The notes under the pieces are model-generated. The model made no database searches and was not told the DNA's origin. It saw nothing but the letters and a program-made list of their open reading frames with translations. Positions 22,601-35,541 of a DNA stretch of 64,000 bases are shown in pieces; position 1 is the first letter of the stretch, and every line of letters starts with the position of its first letter. A program made the position numbers and the translations under genes. This DNA comes from Cyanophora paradoxa CCMP329 (lineage: Eukaryota > Plantae > Glaucophyta): NCBI GenBank assembly GCA_004431415.1, contig QPMI01000098.1, positions 62,001 through 126,000 on the forward strand. Direction: 5' to 3'.

Positions 22601-25600
22601 CAGCGCGAGGTGCGCGGCTCGGGCCGGGAACGCGAAGAGGGCGCCGCCCCCGACGCGCCGCTCTTGCAGCTGGAGGCGCTGCGCGGGGCGCTGGCGGAGG
22701 TGGAGGGCGGGCCGGCCGCCGCCCCCTCCGCCCTCTTCGCTTTCGTGGAGGCCGAGGCCGGCATGGGTACGTGCCCCCCGGCCCTTCTCTCCCCTCGCCC
22801 CGGCCCCCGAGCCCGCTCTCGCGCAGGCAAGTCGAGCCTGGTGCGGGCCCTCTGCGTCGCCGCCGCCGCCGACGGGTTCCGCGTGCGCCCCCCGCCTCCG
22901 GCGCCCCCCGCGCCACGAGCGAAGACCGCCTCAGGTGTTCGACGGGGCGGCGAGCGAGGTGGATCGGGCCACGCCCTACCTCCAGGCGCGCCCCGGGCCC
23001 GTCCCGCGCAGGCTCACGGGCGGTCGGGCACGCGGGGCCTGACGGCGGGGCGGGGCGGGCCGGCCGGGGCGCAGTGGCGCTAGCTCCTCCAGGACCTGCT
23101 GCGGGAGGAGGGCGACGACGCCCCGCGGGGCCCGCCCCCGTCGACCTCCCGCCTCGCCCCAGGCGCCCCCGCCCCGCCCGCCCGCCCGCGCCGCCGCGCC
23201 GCCGCCCGCTGAGGCGCGGGGGCGGCAGGAGGCGCGGGGGCGCTCTCGCGGGGAACTCGATGGGGGCACGCCCCGCACCGTCTCGTCGGACGCGAACGGC
23301 TCGTTCCGCGCCCGCCGCGATCGCGAGGGCCGCAAGGCGAGCGGGGGCCCGGGCGGCCTGCGGAGCGCCAACCCCTCCTTCCGCCTCCGCCACGGCAGTG
23401 CCGCCAGCGCCGCCGCCGCCGCCGCCGCCGTATTCCGCCTACCCCCCCTCGAGGGTGAGCCGTACTCCAGGGCCGTCCTGCAGGCGAGCCTCCGCCCGCT
23501 GAGCGCGGGGCGCGCAGGCGGCGCGGCGCACTCGGGGGCGAGCGTGCCCGCCTCCCCATCGGCTGGCCTCTCCCGCGCCGCCCTCTGTGCGCCCTCGGCC
23601 CCCCAGCGCCCGCGCCCGCCCCCACGCCGACGCTTTCGGCGCAGCCATCGCGGAGGCCAGGATCCTGTCCCTCCTCCCCCCCGAGCTGGTACGCGCCCTA
23701 CCACACCCCTCGCGCAGACATCTCACCCGTACCCGCAGGCGGCGCGGGCGCCCCTCCTGAACGACCTGCTGGACCTGGGGTTCCCCGAGAGCCACTTCAC
23801 CTCCCAGCTCTCCGCCGACGTCCGGGCCGAGGGTGCGCGGGGCGGCGGATTCCTTCTTAGAGAACGCTCCGCCGCTGATTCGAGGCAGGGGCCTGCGAGC
23901 TCGTGTGCGCCCTCCTGCGCGCCCACGTCCGCTCCCCGACACTATTCGTCCTCGAGGACTGCCACTGGCGTGCACCCACCTTCCCGTCTCGTCCGAGATC
24001 TCGCACCCCGGCGGCTGACGGGCCATGCTGCACAGGGCCGACTCTCTCTCGCTGGCGTTGGCGGCGGCGGTGGCGAAGGAGGGCGTACCCCTGGTGGCGA
24101 TCGTGGCGACGACACGGCCGGTGGTGGACGGCCCGGCGGCGGCCGTTCTGGCGCGCCTCACCACGGTCCGCGCCCGCCCCCTTGCCATCCCTTTCTCCTG
24201 CCTTCTCAGCTCTCGTTTTGCGCAGGAGGCGTCGGGCGCCCGGCGGCTCCGCATGCCCCTCGGCCCCCTCTCCCGCTCCGACACCGTGCTGCTGGTACCC
24301 CCCCTCGCCGCTTGCCTCCCCCATCCGCTCTCGTGCGATTGTACGCCCCCAGGTCGTGGACCGCCTGATGGCACTGGGACTGCCCCCGTACCCCCCGGAC
24401 ACCCTGATCAACGTCCTGTACGACCGCACCCAGGGCCGACCCCTTTTCACGGTCCGCTCCCTACCTCCCCATCCATGTAACCCCAGCGGGCGAACCCGGT
24501 ACCCCCAGGAGGAGATGGTGCGGATGATGGCGGAGAAGGGGCTGGTGAGGCAGGAGGGGGGTACCTGCGGCTTCGACGCCGCCATCGCAGGGCCCGTCGC
24601 CCTCGACCTCCCCGACAGGTCCGCCCCGCTTACCCCTCTCTGTTCGCCCCCCCCCCCTCCGCCCCCCCCCCCACTCCTAATCGCGGTACCCGGGCAGCGT
24701 GCTCGGGGTCATCGCGGCACGCGTGGACCGGCTGGAGTCCTCCCAGCAGCTGACACTCAAGGCACGTGCTCCGGTACCCCCCGCCGCGGCCGGCGCGAGC
24801 GTGTGCCCCGCAGGTGGCCTCCGTGCTGGGCCGGAGCTTCGACGCCGACTTCCTCGTCAAGTGCTACCCGATGGCCGCCCGCCGGGAGGCCGTCCTCGCA
24901 GACCTCGCCGCCCTCGTCGAGGGGTACGCCCTTCCCCCTTCCGAAACATTCGATCCTGCGCCCGATCGCCCGCCGCAGGGAGTTCATCATGCGGGACGCG
25001 GCGGGAGCCGGCGAGGGGCCCCTCGCTGGCAAGGGCGAGGTGCCGTTCCCTTTCTTCCCTTTCCTTTCCTTTTCCGGTTTTCCGAGCGGGGCGCAGGGGA
25101 CGGCCTTCACGTTCAAGCACCAGCTCGTCGTGGACGGCGCGTACCGCCTCCTGCTTCGTTCGCAGGCGCAGGCCGTGCACGCGCGCGTCGCCGCCCTCCT
25201 CGAGGAGCAGTGCGTAGTACCCCCGTCCTTTCCCCCCCCCCCCCCCCCCCCCCACGCGCGCCGCGCGAGCGTACCCCCCGTGCGAAGGTACGGGACGGAG
25301 GAGAGCGGGCTCTTCGCGCTGCTCGCGCACCACCACGACCTCGCGGAGGACGCGGCGCGCGCCGTGGCGTACTTCGGGCGGGCGGCGGAGGAGGCGGCCC
25401 GGGCGCACGCCTCGGGCGAGGTCGTCGCCCTCGCCTCGCGCGCCCTCGCGCGCGCCCCGCGGGGCCACCCCGCCGAGGAGAAGGCCCGCCTCGAGATGCT
25501 CCTCGGCCAGGCCCACTGGTCGGGGGCCGCCTCACCGAGGCCCGGGCCCACCTGGAGGCCGCCCTGGCGCTGCTCGGGCGGCCCTTCCCCCGCAGCGCCC

Positions 25601-27626
25601 CCCGCTGGGCCGCCAGCGTGCTGGGCCAGCTCCTCCGCCAGCTCGCCCACCGAGCCGCCCCACGCGCCTTCGCCGGCCGCCGCGCCGGCGACCGCGGCGC
25701 ATCCACTGCCGTCGCATGCTACGACGTCATAGGGCCCGCCCCTCCCCTCTACTCCCCTCACCTTTCCCTCGTGACGGCTCGCCGGGGCGCAGGCAGCTGG
25801 CGACGCTGCAGTGCGACCAGGAGGGCCAGATCGCGGCCTTCCTCACGGGCCTCAACCTCGCCGAGGCCGTCGGCTCCCCCGTCGACCTCGCCCGCTCCTT
25901 TGGCAACGCCGCCGTACCCTCCCTACGCCTTCCCCCCCCGCCCCGCGAACCCGAGCCGGCCCCGCAGATGGTCCTCTCCGCCGTGGGGATGCGCGGCGTC
26001 GCTGCCAAGTGCGCCGCGCCGCCGGGAAACGCAAGCTTGAGAGCCGAGCTGTAACGGCGTGCGGTGGGGCCTCAGGTACGTGGCGCGGGCGCGGGGGGCG
26101 CTGGCGGAGTGCGAGGGGGAGCCCTCGGCGGCCTCCTACCTCGGCCTCACCACCGCCATCGTCCACGTGCCCGCCCCGCCCCCTCCCCGCCCCCCCGCCC
26201 TCCGCAGGCTCACGGGGGCGCAGTTCAACCAGGGGGAGTGGGAGGGCGTCGTGCGCTGCGCCGAGGCCGGCCTCGAGATCGCCCACCGCTACTCCCTCTT
26301 CCGGTGCCGCGTACCCCCCTTCCCTCCCGACTTGAGACGCCGTGTGACGGGCGGGGCGGGGCGGGCAGGCGGGTCGGGGAGCTCTGCTCGATCGCGGGGG
26401 CGGCGGAGATCCTCTCGGGGGAGGGCCTCCCCGCCGCCCGCGGCCGCTACACCGCCGCCCTCGAGACCGCCGTCCGCCGCACCGACGCCGTCGTCGAGGG
26501 GTACACGATTCCAGATCCAGGTCCAAGCGCCGGGCGGGGTCCGATGCGGGACGCTAGGTACTCGCTGGGGAGCCTCATGGACCTCGCGGCGCTGTGCGGG
26601 GACCCGGGCGCCTTCGCCGCCCACTTCCGCTCCTACGAGACCCTCCTCGCCAGCGGCCGCCTCGCCGGGTACCCCGCCCTCGCCGTGCGCGCGTACCCCC
26701 CAGCCCCCGCTCTTCGAGCCTCCGCGGCCGCCGAGCGGGCGGGCGCGCAGGCCGACGCGGCGGCGACGATAGGGGCCGGCCGCATCGCTTACGGCGACGC
26801 CGCCGGCGCCCGCGCCCGCCTCGAGGTGCGCCCGCCCCCGCGCGCGCGCGTACCCCTCCCGCTCGCCCCGCCGGCCTGAGCCGTGGCGGGGCGGGGCAGC
26901 GGGCGGTGGCGCTGCTGCGGCCGCTGCGGTGGCCCGAGTCGTTCGCCCTCTTCTCCTACCTCAACGTGCCGGCCCGCCCCGGCCCAGAGCCTTGCCTCCC
27001 TTCCCTCTCTGACCCGCCTTCTGTGGCCAGGTATGCAACCTGGCGCTGCGGGTGTGGCAGGCGGCGCGGGCCGGTGCCCCCGGGGCCGGCGACGAGCGCG
27101 CGGCGCGGGCGCTGATGCTCGCGGCGGAGGCGGAGCTCGCCAAGCACGCCGCGTCGTACCCCTTCTCCCGCGCCCCCCTCGCCCTCATGCGCGCCGTCCG
27201 CCGCTACTACGAGGGCGCCCCCGCCCCGCCGGCCCCGCCCACTGGGACGCGTACGCCGGCCCGCCGATCGCGAGCCGGCGGCCGGGCCGCCCCCGCCGAG
27301 CCCCCGCCCTCGTCCTCGGCGGCCGCGAGGGCGGCCGCGAGGCTCTTCCGCGAGGCGGCGCGGCATGCGGCATGCGCATCGTGCGGGGCCTGGCGCTGAG
27401 CGCGCTGGGCGTGCTGGGCGGGGCCCGGGGCGAGGCGGCGCGCCGCGAGGGCGCCGCCGTCCTCGCGGCCGCCGGGGTCGTCCCCGGGTGGTGCCCCTTC
27501 TGGCCCCCCGCCGCCCACCCGCTCGCCCCCCTGCGCGCCCGCAAGCTCCCCTCGGGGCTCGAACCCGCCCTGGGGGGAAGCCCCGCCGCCCTCCGGCCCT
27601 CCCCACGCCTCCACATCCCCAACTAG
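19621..27626 (+). CDS. Soluble adenylyl cyclase-like (ADCY10/sAC type): two cyclase domains + STAND/AAA NTPase + TPR-like helical region
   Basis: Spliced motifs: LLFADAVGFTKLSE, GGDVLKFLG[D]A, LRVKIGIGAG, LRQVASDDKGSVLLGAFGLP, SIGICTGRVFCGLVG, RCEYAMVGSVVNKAARLM, VELKG, Walker A EAEAGMGKSSLV, Walker B LFVLEDCHWADSLS, TQGRPLF, ARVDRLESSQQLTLKVASVLG, FTFKHQLVVDGAY, LLAHHHDLA. A few single-base indels in G/C runs (e.g. ~20172). Confidence 0.9.
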
Positions 27627-28276
27627 CCGCTGAGCGTGCTGGGCCACTAGTACTGATCCCTTCGGCGAGCTTCGCTTTCCTTTTCGCAGCCCTTTTGTTT
27701 ACTCTATTCTTTCATGTAATTTCATTGAGTAATTGCAATAATCAAGAGGCTCGGAGACACGGATCTACCGTAGCACTCTGGAGCTACTCCGACAAATCCA
27801 TGATTTCACATATCGATCCACGCATTATACTCGCCGACGTGTCACTCCTACAGAAAAGGGGAGGAAGGGTCGGGGGGTTTGGAAGGGTCCGGAACAACAG
27901 AACATTCTTAAAGCCTACCGCTAGACATGACTTCTCATGGTCTGTACATTGGCTACGTACAAAAAACTGTCTAGGCCTAACGCACTGCCGACATACATAC
28001 AGGAATGCTCTGCCCTTTATGCTGCCTGACCACAGTTTCGAGTTCTGCAATGCAGGCCAAGAAGTTAAGATCAAACCAGATCAAAGTATACGGAAACGAC
28101 GGCGCCGCTAGCTTTATATCTGCCTGGGAACGCGACTTTACAGAATACAGCGGGTGCTTAGTTGTTAAATATCGAGCAGCAGGTGTCGAGCAGGCCCCGC
28201 CGGTGCGATCACGGAACTGCGCGAACAAAAAGGAGGAAGGAGAGGTCAGGGGCGGAAACACACACGCTCGATCAGA

Positions 28277-28738
28277 TCAGCGGGGAGCGGGGGCGGGCGG
28301 ACGGCCGAGGAGGATGCGGAGGCTGGGGGCGAGGGGCCCGAGGGTGTCCTCCCAGAGGGGGTCGGGCAGGGCGCGGAGCTGGGCGACCGAGTGGACGCCG
28401 GCGCGGCAGAGGCGCTCGAGGGCGGGGACCGTCAGGTCGGCCTCCTCGGGGGCAAGCGCCGCGTACGCCGCCAGGAGCTCCCCCACCGGCACGCCGTCGT
28501 CGAACAGCGCCCGCGCGTCTGCACGTCGGCGCTGTCGGCGCGCGGGCGGGCGGGCGGCGGGCGGGCGGGAGGGCACCTGCGAGCGGCTCGGACCACTCGT
28601 TCCACAGCGGATCCGCGCCCGCCAGCGGCACCCCCGCCGGCGCCGGCGCCGGTGCCGGCGCCGGGGCGGGCGGGCGACGGCCCGAACCTGGGGCGCGGAG
28701 GGGCGGCGGGGCCCGCGCTGGGCGGGCAGGCTCGGCCG

Positions 28739-28779
<41 letters not shown>

Positions 28780-29934
28780 GTGGGCGGCGGGGGTCTCCTT
28801 GTGGGGGTAGGGGACGATGCGGACGACGGGGGGCTTGGAGTCGTCGGAGGCGGCGGAGGAGGCGGAGTCCTCGGAGAAGTACTTGGGGTTGGGCACGCGC
28901 TTGCGCTTCGGGCGCTCCACGGCGCTCGCCGGCGGCGGCGACGAGAGGTACGGGTCCGACTCGCTCCCGTAGTCCAGGTACAGCTCGTCCTGCGCGCCCC
29001 GCATTCGAGATTCGAGGCGCGATTCGATCGCGCGCCGGATCAAATCTCGCACCTCGTCCAGGGAGGAGCCGCGCTGGGGCCGGATCTGCGCGGGCGGGTG
29101 CGCCAGTGAGCGCGCGAGCGGGGCGACGCGGTGCGGGGGGGCGCCCACCATGGGCCGGGGCGAGCGGCAGAGGCAGTGGCGGGCGAGGCAGCCGCGGCAG
29201 GTCGCGCAGCGCGCCCGGTGGCAGTCGCACTGGGACGAGTTGCGCCTCGCCGTCTGCTGCTGCTTCCTCTTCGGCCGGTCAGGGAGTCGGGGGCCCGTCG
29301 AGCACGTGCAGTGCCGCTGCGAGCGAGCGAGCGTCTTCGAGAGTTGCGCGAAAATTCGCGAAGGAGCAAAATTCACCTCGGCACAACCGCGGCACATCAT
29401 GCACTTTGTTCTGGGTTGAATGGCGACGATCAGCACAGGCGATCGTCCCACGGCGTGCCTCAGAGCGCGAAATTCCGCGGAGCGGTTGGCGCACCTGTGG
29501 CAGTTGCACGGATCACCGGCGGTGATGGAAGTCCGCTGTCCGGACAGAGACGATGGAGTAGGTGGTTCCGAGGGCACCGTGGCCGTATCCGAGCCCGAGC
29601 CCGCCGACGACGTGCCGGCCGACGGGAGCACGATGGGAAGCGGCGCGGAGGCGCTCGTCGCATCTGCCGCTTCGCGCACGGACACGGATGTATATGATAC
29701 ATTGTCTGTCCTGCTGTTGGACACGCTCACTGACACGGGCCGCGGCAGACGGCCATCAGCTGTCACTGCGACGCGCACAGCGGGCTGCTGGTGCCGTACG
29801 GCTGCCAGCTTCTGCTCCGGCACGCTCGGCGCATCATCGGACGTCTCGCTGAGGTCGGAGTCGCTCTCCGGCCCCGGGTCGTTCGCGAGCATGTATGGGT
29901 GTTGCCATACTGTTGATGAACTCACCATAGCCAT
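28277..29934 (-). CDS. Protein with two CxCHRxxCxxCRGCxxRHCxC motifs, a basic RPKRKRVPNPKY motif and a C-terminal SAM-like helical domain
   Basis: Removing introns 29411-29494 and 29317-29376 gives CNCHRTKCMMCRGCAERHCTC; second copy CDCHRARCATCRGCLARHCLC at 29167-29229. C-terminus ALERLCRAGVHSVAQLRALPDPLWEDTLGPL resembles SAM. 5' end uncertain; the gene may extend to ~30.4 kb. Confidence 0.6.
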
Positions 29935-30518
29935 ACTGCCGACGCTGGCGCACTCCTCTAGCACGACAAACCTCCTATTTCACTGTTCTGAACGGCGTAC
30001 ACGTGGTCAGCGAGGGCAGCGTGCTCCGCCGGCGCCGCTATGGCTGGCACGCGGATCCTGCACGAAGATCCAGCTCCTAGGTTCCGATCTCGGCGCTCGG
30101 CAAGGCCCACGACGCACCAGATCGTTGGTATATCATTTCCGTCGCTGCAGGCTCGCTGAGGTGCTCCGCTGCAGTTGCTCGATGGTGGTGCGTGATGAGA
30201 AAAGGGCTGTATGGAACTCGAGGGAAAAAATTCAAGAGGGGGAGAAATGGTGGGTACATTCCAGAAGACCACCAGGTCGCTTCTGCAGGCACGGGATGAC
30301 CGTGTGAGCGCTTCCAGCAGCGCAAACAGCTCATCCACCCGCTACCATCGCAAGGAGCGCAGCCGCAAGCTGCGATCAAATTTGCGAGCTGGGGCCTGGG
30401 CTCCCGGTACTTCGTTCGCTTCGTTCGCGGGTACACAAGGAAAGAGCCTAGGAGGAGGCGACCTAGGAGCGAAGCAGGCAGGCAGGCAACGCCGCCAGTC
30501 GCTGGCAGGCTCGTCAAG

Positions 30519-33500
30519 ATGGCGGTGAGCAATGTAGCGGTGATATTCTCTCCGGGCCCGGGCCTAGTTGGCAATCTCAGCATCCCGTCCAAGGAGCCGT
30601 GCCAGTCGCACGCAGCCGAGCGGGCGGCTGACGGTTTGTGAGCGCAGAGCCGCTGGGAAGCGATGACGGCGGACGAGCAGGCCGCCGCCCTGGACGGCGC
30701 CAGGCAGGTGCGAGGCTCCTTGGCCCCGTCCCCTGCCAACGCCCGCCCGAGCACGAACGGGGGCCGCGCTGAAGCCCTTGGGAACGAATCCCCGCGAAGA
30801 GAGCGCGAGACGGGCCCCGCCCCGGGCCGCATCGGCGGGCGGGCTGACGCGCGCTGCAGACGGTGGTGGACGGTCTCCGCGTGGCGGAGACGGGGAGCGT
30901 GGGCGACGTGAGCGCGGCGGTCGACCGGATCGCGGTGCGGGGCGGCCCGGCGCCGGCGCGTGGCGGCCGGGGCTGAGGGCGGGCGGCAGGCGGCGTACCT
31001 GGGGCTGGAGGCGCTGCAGCGCTCGGACAAGCCGGCGGCGCCGATCCCGACGAGCAAGTACTGGGAGCAGGCGCGGGGAACCTGGCGAAGATCCTGGTGC
31101 AGTCGGCGCACGAGGCGGAGCGGCCGGGGGCGGCGGCGGCGACGAAGGCGGTGGAGAAGTTCGCGTCGGAGGCGGCGAAGCTGAGCCAGGCGACCGTGCA
31201 GCCGAAGAACGTGATGTTCGCCGAGCTGCTCGAGCCGGCCAACTGCCTCGACCTCGCCGCCGCCACGGCCGAGGTGGCGGCCAAGCTCGCCCCCTCGCTG
31301 GACATGAGCCCGTGGTCGGCGCTGCCGGAGTCGGGGCGGGCGGCGCGCGCTGAGCTGATGGCGCGGGCGGTGGAGCGGGCGGAGGCGGCGGCGCACGAGT
31401 ACCGCTTCACGGGCGTCGAGCAGGCGGTCGCCTCGCTGGCGTCGCTGGACGAGGCGCTCGACCGGATCAAGTTCCTGCTGGGGACGCGCGTGGGCGTGCT
31501 CTCCGAGGCGGAGGCCGGGGTGGAGGTGGACGCGCGCGCCGGCCTGCTCAACCCGGGCGACTTCTTCGACCAGCGCGTCCGCCTCGTCCTCCAGGAGGCC
31601 TTCCTGCGGGACGCCGACGGCGCCCCCGCCGACATCGCCGCCGCCCTCGGGCGCCTCGCGGAGCTGCTCGCGCGCTCGCCGGCGAGCGCCGACGCGCCGA
31701 CGGACGAGCACCTGCGCGCGGTGGAGGCCGTCGCGGACGCCATCGCGCCCCCGCAGGCGGCCCCGCCGACCTCCCGACGGCGCCCGCTGGTGGGGCTACA
31801 ACGACGCCGCCGCCTTCCGCCCCTACGTCGACAAGATCTCCCACGTGCGCCCGCCGCCAGGGCCGGGGCCCGGGCCGCCGCCGCCGGGGCCGGGGCCGAG
31901 GGGGCGGGGCGGGGCGGCAGGCGGCGTTCGAGGTGTTCGACGCGAACTCGGGCGGGGACGTGGAGTGGCGCGGGCGGGCGCTGAACGCGCTGAAGGAGGC
32001 GGTGCGGGACAAGGCGCGGGCGGAGCTGGGGGTCGAGGAGCTGGAGCTGGACCCGGAGTCGGGGCAGGACGTGCTCGACCGCAACTGGGTGCGGGGCGTC
32101 GAGGAGGCGTTCGGCGAGCTCTCGGCGTGCGCCACGCCGCTCGGGCTCGCGCACCGCGCCGGCGCCGTCGTCCGCGGCCTCGTCGAGGGGGCCCCCTGGA
32201 TGGCCGACTCCATCGCCGACATCGGCGACTACCTCCGCTCCGGTGCCCCCGCCCCGCCTGCCCCGCCCTCCGCGCGTTGCCCCCCCTGACGCTGCCCTGC
32301 AGCGCCCTGCAAGCCGGCCGAGAAGCCGGCGCCCGAGGCGCGCACCGTCGCCGAGCCGCCGGCGCCGGCCCCGGAGCCCGTCGTCGCCGCCCCTCCGCCG
32401 GAGCCGGAGCCTCAGCCAGAAGTGGAGCCCGTCGCTCCGCCACCGCCGCCGCCCGTCCAGGCGGAGCCGGTCCACGTCGAGCCGGCGCCGGCACAGTCCA
32501 GCCAGACACAAGACACAGCCAGCCCAGACGCGTCCACGGTGAGCAGTTCGGCCGGCGCTCTCCCGGCGAGTGGGCCGCACGCAGCCGAGCGGGCGGCTGA
32601 CGGTCTGTGCGCGCAGAGCCGCTGGGAAGCGATGACGGCGGACGAGCAGGCCGCCGCCCTGAACGGCGCGCGACAGGTGCGAGGCTCCTTGGCCCCGTCC
32701 CCTGCCAACGCCCGCCCGAGCACGAACGGGGGCCGCGTTGAAGCCTTTGGGAACGAATCTCCGTGAAGAGAGCGCGAGACGGGCTCCGCCCCGGGCCGCA
32801 TCGGCGGGCGGGCTGACGCGCGCTGCAGACGGTGGTGGACGGTCTCCGCGTGGCGGAGACGGGGAGCGTGGGCGACGTGAGCGCGGCGGTCGACCGGATC
32901 GCGGTGCGGGGCGGCCCGGCGCCGGCGCGTGGCGGCCGGGGCTGAGGGCGGGCGGCAGGCGGCGTACCTGGGGCTGGAGGCGCTGCAGCGCTCGGACAAG
33001 CCGGCGGCGCCGATCCCGACGAGCAAGTACTGGGAGCAGGCGCGGGGGAACCTGGCGAAGATCCTGGTGCAGTCGGCGCACGAGGCGGAGCGGCCGGGGG
33101 CGGCGGCGGCGACGAAGGCGGTGGAGAAGTTCGCGTCGGAGGCGGCGAAGCTGAGCCAGGCGACCGTGCAGCCGAAGAACGTGATGTTCGCCGAGCTGCT
33201 CGAGCCGGCCAACTGCCTCGACCTCGCCGCCGCCACGGCCGAGGTGGCGGCCAAGCTCGCCCCCTCGCTGGACATGAGCCCGTGGTCGGCGCTGCCGGAG
33301 TCGGGGCGGGCGGCGCGCGCTGAGCTGATGGCGCGGGCGGTGGAGCGGGCGGAGGCGGCGGCGCACGAGTACCGCTTCACGGGCGTCGAGCAGGCGGTCG
33401 CCTCGCTGGCGTCGCTGGACGAGGCGCTCGACCGGATCAAGTTCCTGCTGGGGACGCGCGTGGGCGTGCTCTCCGAGGCGGAGGCCGGGGTGGAGGTGGA

Positions 33501-35487
33501 CGCGCGCGCCGGCCTGCTCAACCCGGGCGACTTCTTCGACCAGCGCGTCCGCCTCGTCCTCCAGGAGGCCTTCCTGCGCGACGCCGACGGCGCCCCCGCC
33601 GACATCGCCGCCGCGCTCGGGCGCCTCGCGGAGCTGCTCGCGCGCTCGCCGGCGAGCGCCGACGCGCCGACGGACGAGCACCTGCGCGCGGTGGAAGCCG
33701 TCGCGGACGCCATCGCGCCCCCGCAGGCGCCCCCGCCGACCTCCCCGACGGCGCCCGCTGGTGGGGCTACAACGACGCCGCCGCCTTCCGCCCCTACGTC
33801 GACAAGATCTCCCACGTGCGCCCCGCCGCCAGGGCCGGGCCCGGGCCGCCGCCGCCGGGGCCGGGGCCGAGGGGGCGGGGCGGGCGGCAGGCGGCGTTCG
33901 AGGTGTTCGACGCGAACTCGGGCGGGGACGTGGAGTGGCGCGGGCGGGCGCTGAACGCGCTGAAGGAGGCGGTGCGGGACAAGGCGCGGGCGGAGCTGGG
34001 GGTCGAGGAGCTGGAGCTGGACCCGGAGTCGGGGCAGGACGTGCTCGACCGGAACTGGGTGCGGGGCGTCGAGGAGGCGTTCAGCGAGCTCTCGGCGTGC
34101 GCCACGCCGCTCGGGCTCGCGCACCGCGCCGGCGCCGTCGTCCGCGGCCTCGTCGAGGGGGCCCCCTGGATGGCCGACTCCATCGCCGACATCGGCGACT
34201 ACCTCCGCTCCGGTGCCCCCGCCCCGCCTGCCCCGCACCCCGCGCTTTGCCCCCCCTGACGCTGCCCCGCAGCGCCCTGCAAGCCGGCCGAGAAGCCGGC
34301 GCCCGAGGCGCGCACCGTCGCCGAGCCGCCGGCGCCGGCCCGGAGCCCGTCGTCGCCGCCCCACCGCCGGAGCCGGAGCCCGTCGTCGCGGCACCGCCGC
34401 CGCCGCCGCCTCCTCCTCCCCTCCCCTCCGCCGCCGCCGCCGCCGGTGGAGGAGTCGGGCGTGCCGCCGTCGCAGACGAAGCTTGTGAAGGTGGACCCGT
34501 CCGGCGCGAAGCACTTCCGCGTCCTGCCCGACTTCGGGGTCAACTCGGTGCGCGCGCCCGCGCGCGCCCGCGCGCGCCCCGCCGCCCCTCCGGCCGTCGG
34601 CGCCGACGCTCGGGCAGTCGGACGTGTACGCGACGGGGAGGGGCGGGGGTGGGACCCTCTGCTGAGGACATCGGCGACGTGCCCCGCCGCACCGACGCCG
34701 ACGCCGCCGACGTGCGCGGCGCCCCGCCCGCCCGCCCCGCCCCGTCGCCGACGCCGGCCGCGCGGCCTGCAGGCCTCGGACTTTGCGTACGGATTCGCGA
34801 CGGAGGCGGCGGGGGCGGTGGCGACCTTCCGGGGACCCGCCCGCACGGCCGGCGCCGACGACGTCGAGGCCGACCTCCGCCGCGCCGCCGAGGACCTCTA
34901 CGCCGCCGGCCAGTGCGCCGCCCGCGCCCCGCCCCGCCCCGCCGGCCAGGCGGCCAGGCGGCCGACCCGGGGCGCCGCGCAGCTCGCAGGTCTACGTCGT
35001 CGACGGCGGCAGGGCCTCCGACGCCTTCGGCCTGGCGCGCCCCCGCCCCGCCCCGCCCCTCGCGCCCTGCCCCCTTCTCCGGCCTGACGCCCCGGGCCGG
35101 CAGCATCCGACGCGGGTCGTGCACGGCGACCCCTACCACGGGCACGCGAGCCTCGGCTCCGGGGCGGGCGGCTCCTGGGACTTCGACTCTCTCTTCACCC
35201 GCCCCGAGGCGGTCGCGAGAGACGGCGGGGTCGACCGCGGCGGCGTCGACGTCTACGAGGTGCGCGGCCCCGGGGCCGCCCCCCGCCGCGTCCCGGGCGC
35301 CGCCGACTGCCGACGCGGCGCAGACCTCCTTTGAGGAGTACGCGGAGCCGGAGGTGGTCCCCACGAGCCGCGACTGGTCCCCGCCCTCGGACTGGTACTA
35401 CACCGACGAGGACGCCGGGTCCGGGGCGACCACCACCACGACGCAGCCGGCGCACGCCCCCAAGCCCGCGCCGGCCCCGATCCCGGT

Positions 35488-35541
<54 letters not shown>

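Noticed and set aside
27627-28276. Possible gene or transposon relic in the lower-GC gap
   Set aside because: No recognisable motifs or terminal repeats; most simply the 3' ends of two convergent genes.
20165-31085. Calling the sAC gene and the 30.5-38.7 kb gene pseudogenes because of frameshifts
   Set aside because: The indels I checked fall in G/C runs (e.g. ~20172; G4 at ~31075 vs G5 in the duplicate copy), typical of long-read assembly error, and the motifs are otherwise intact. Needs read-level confirmation.
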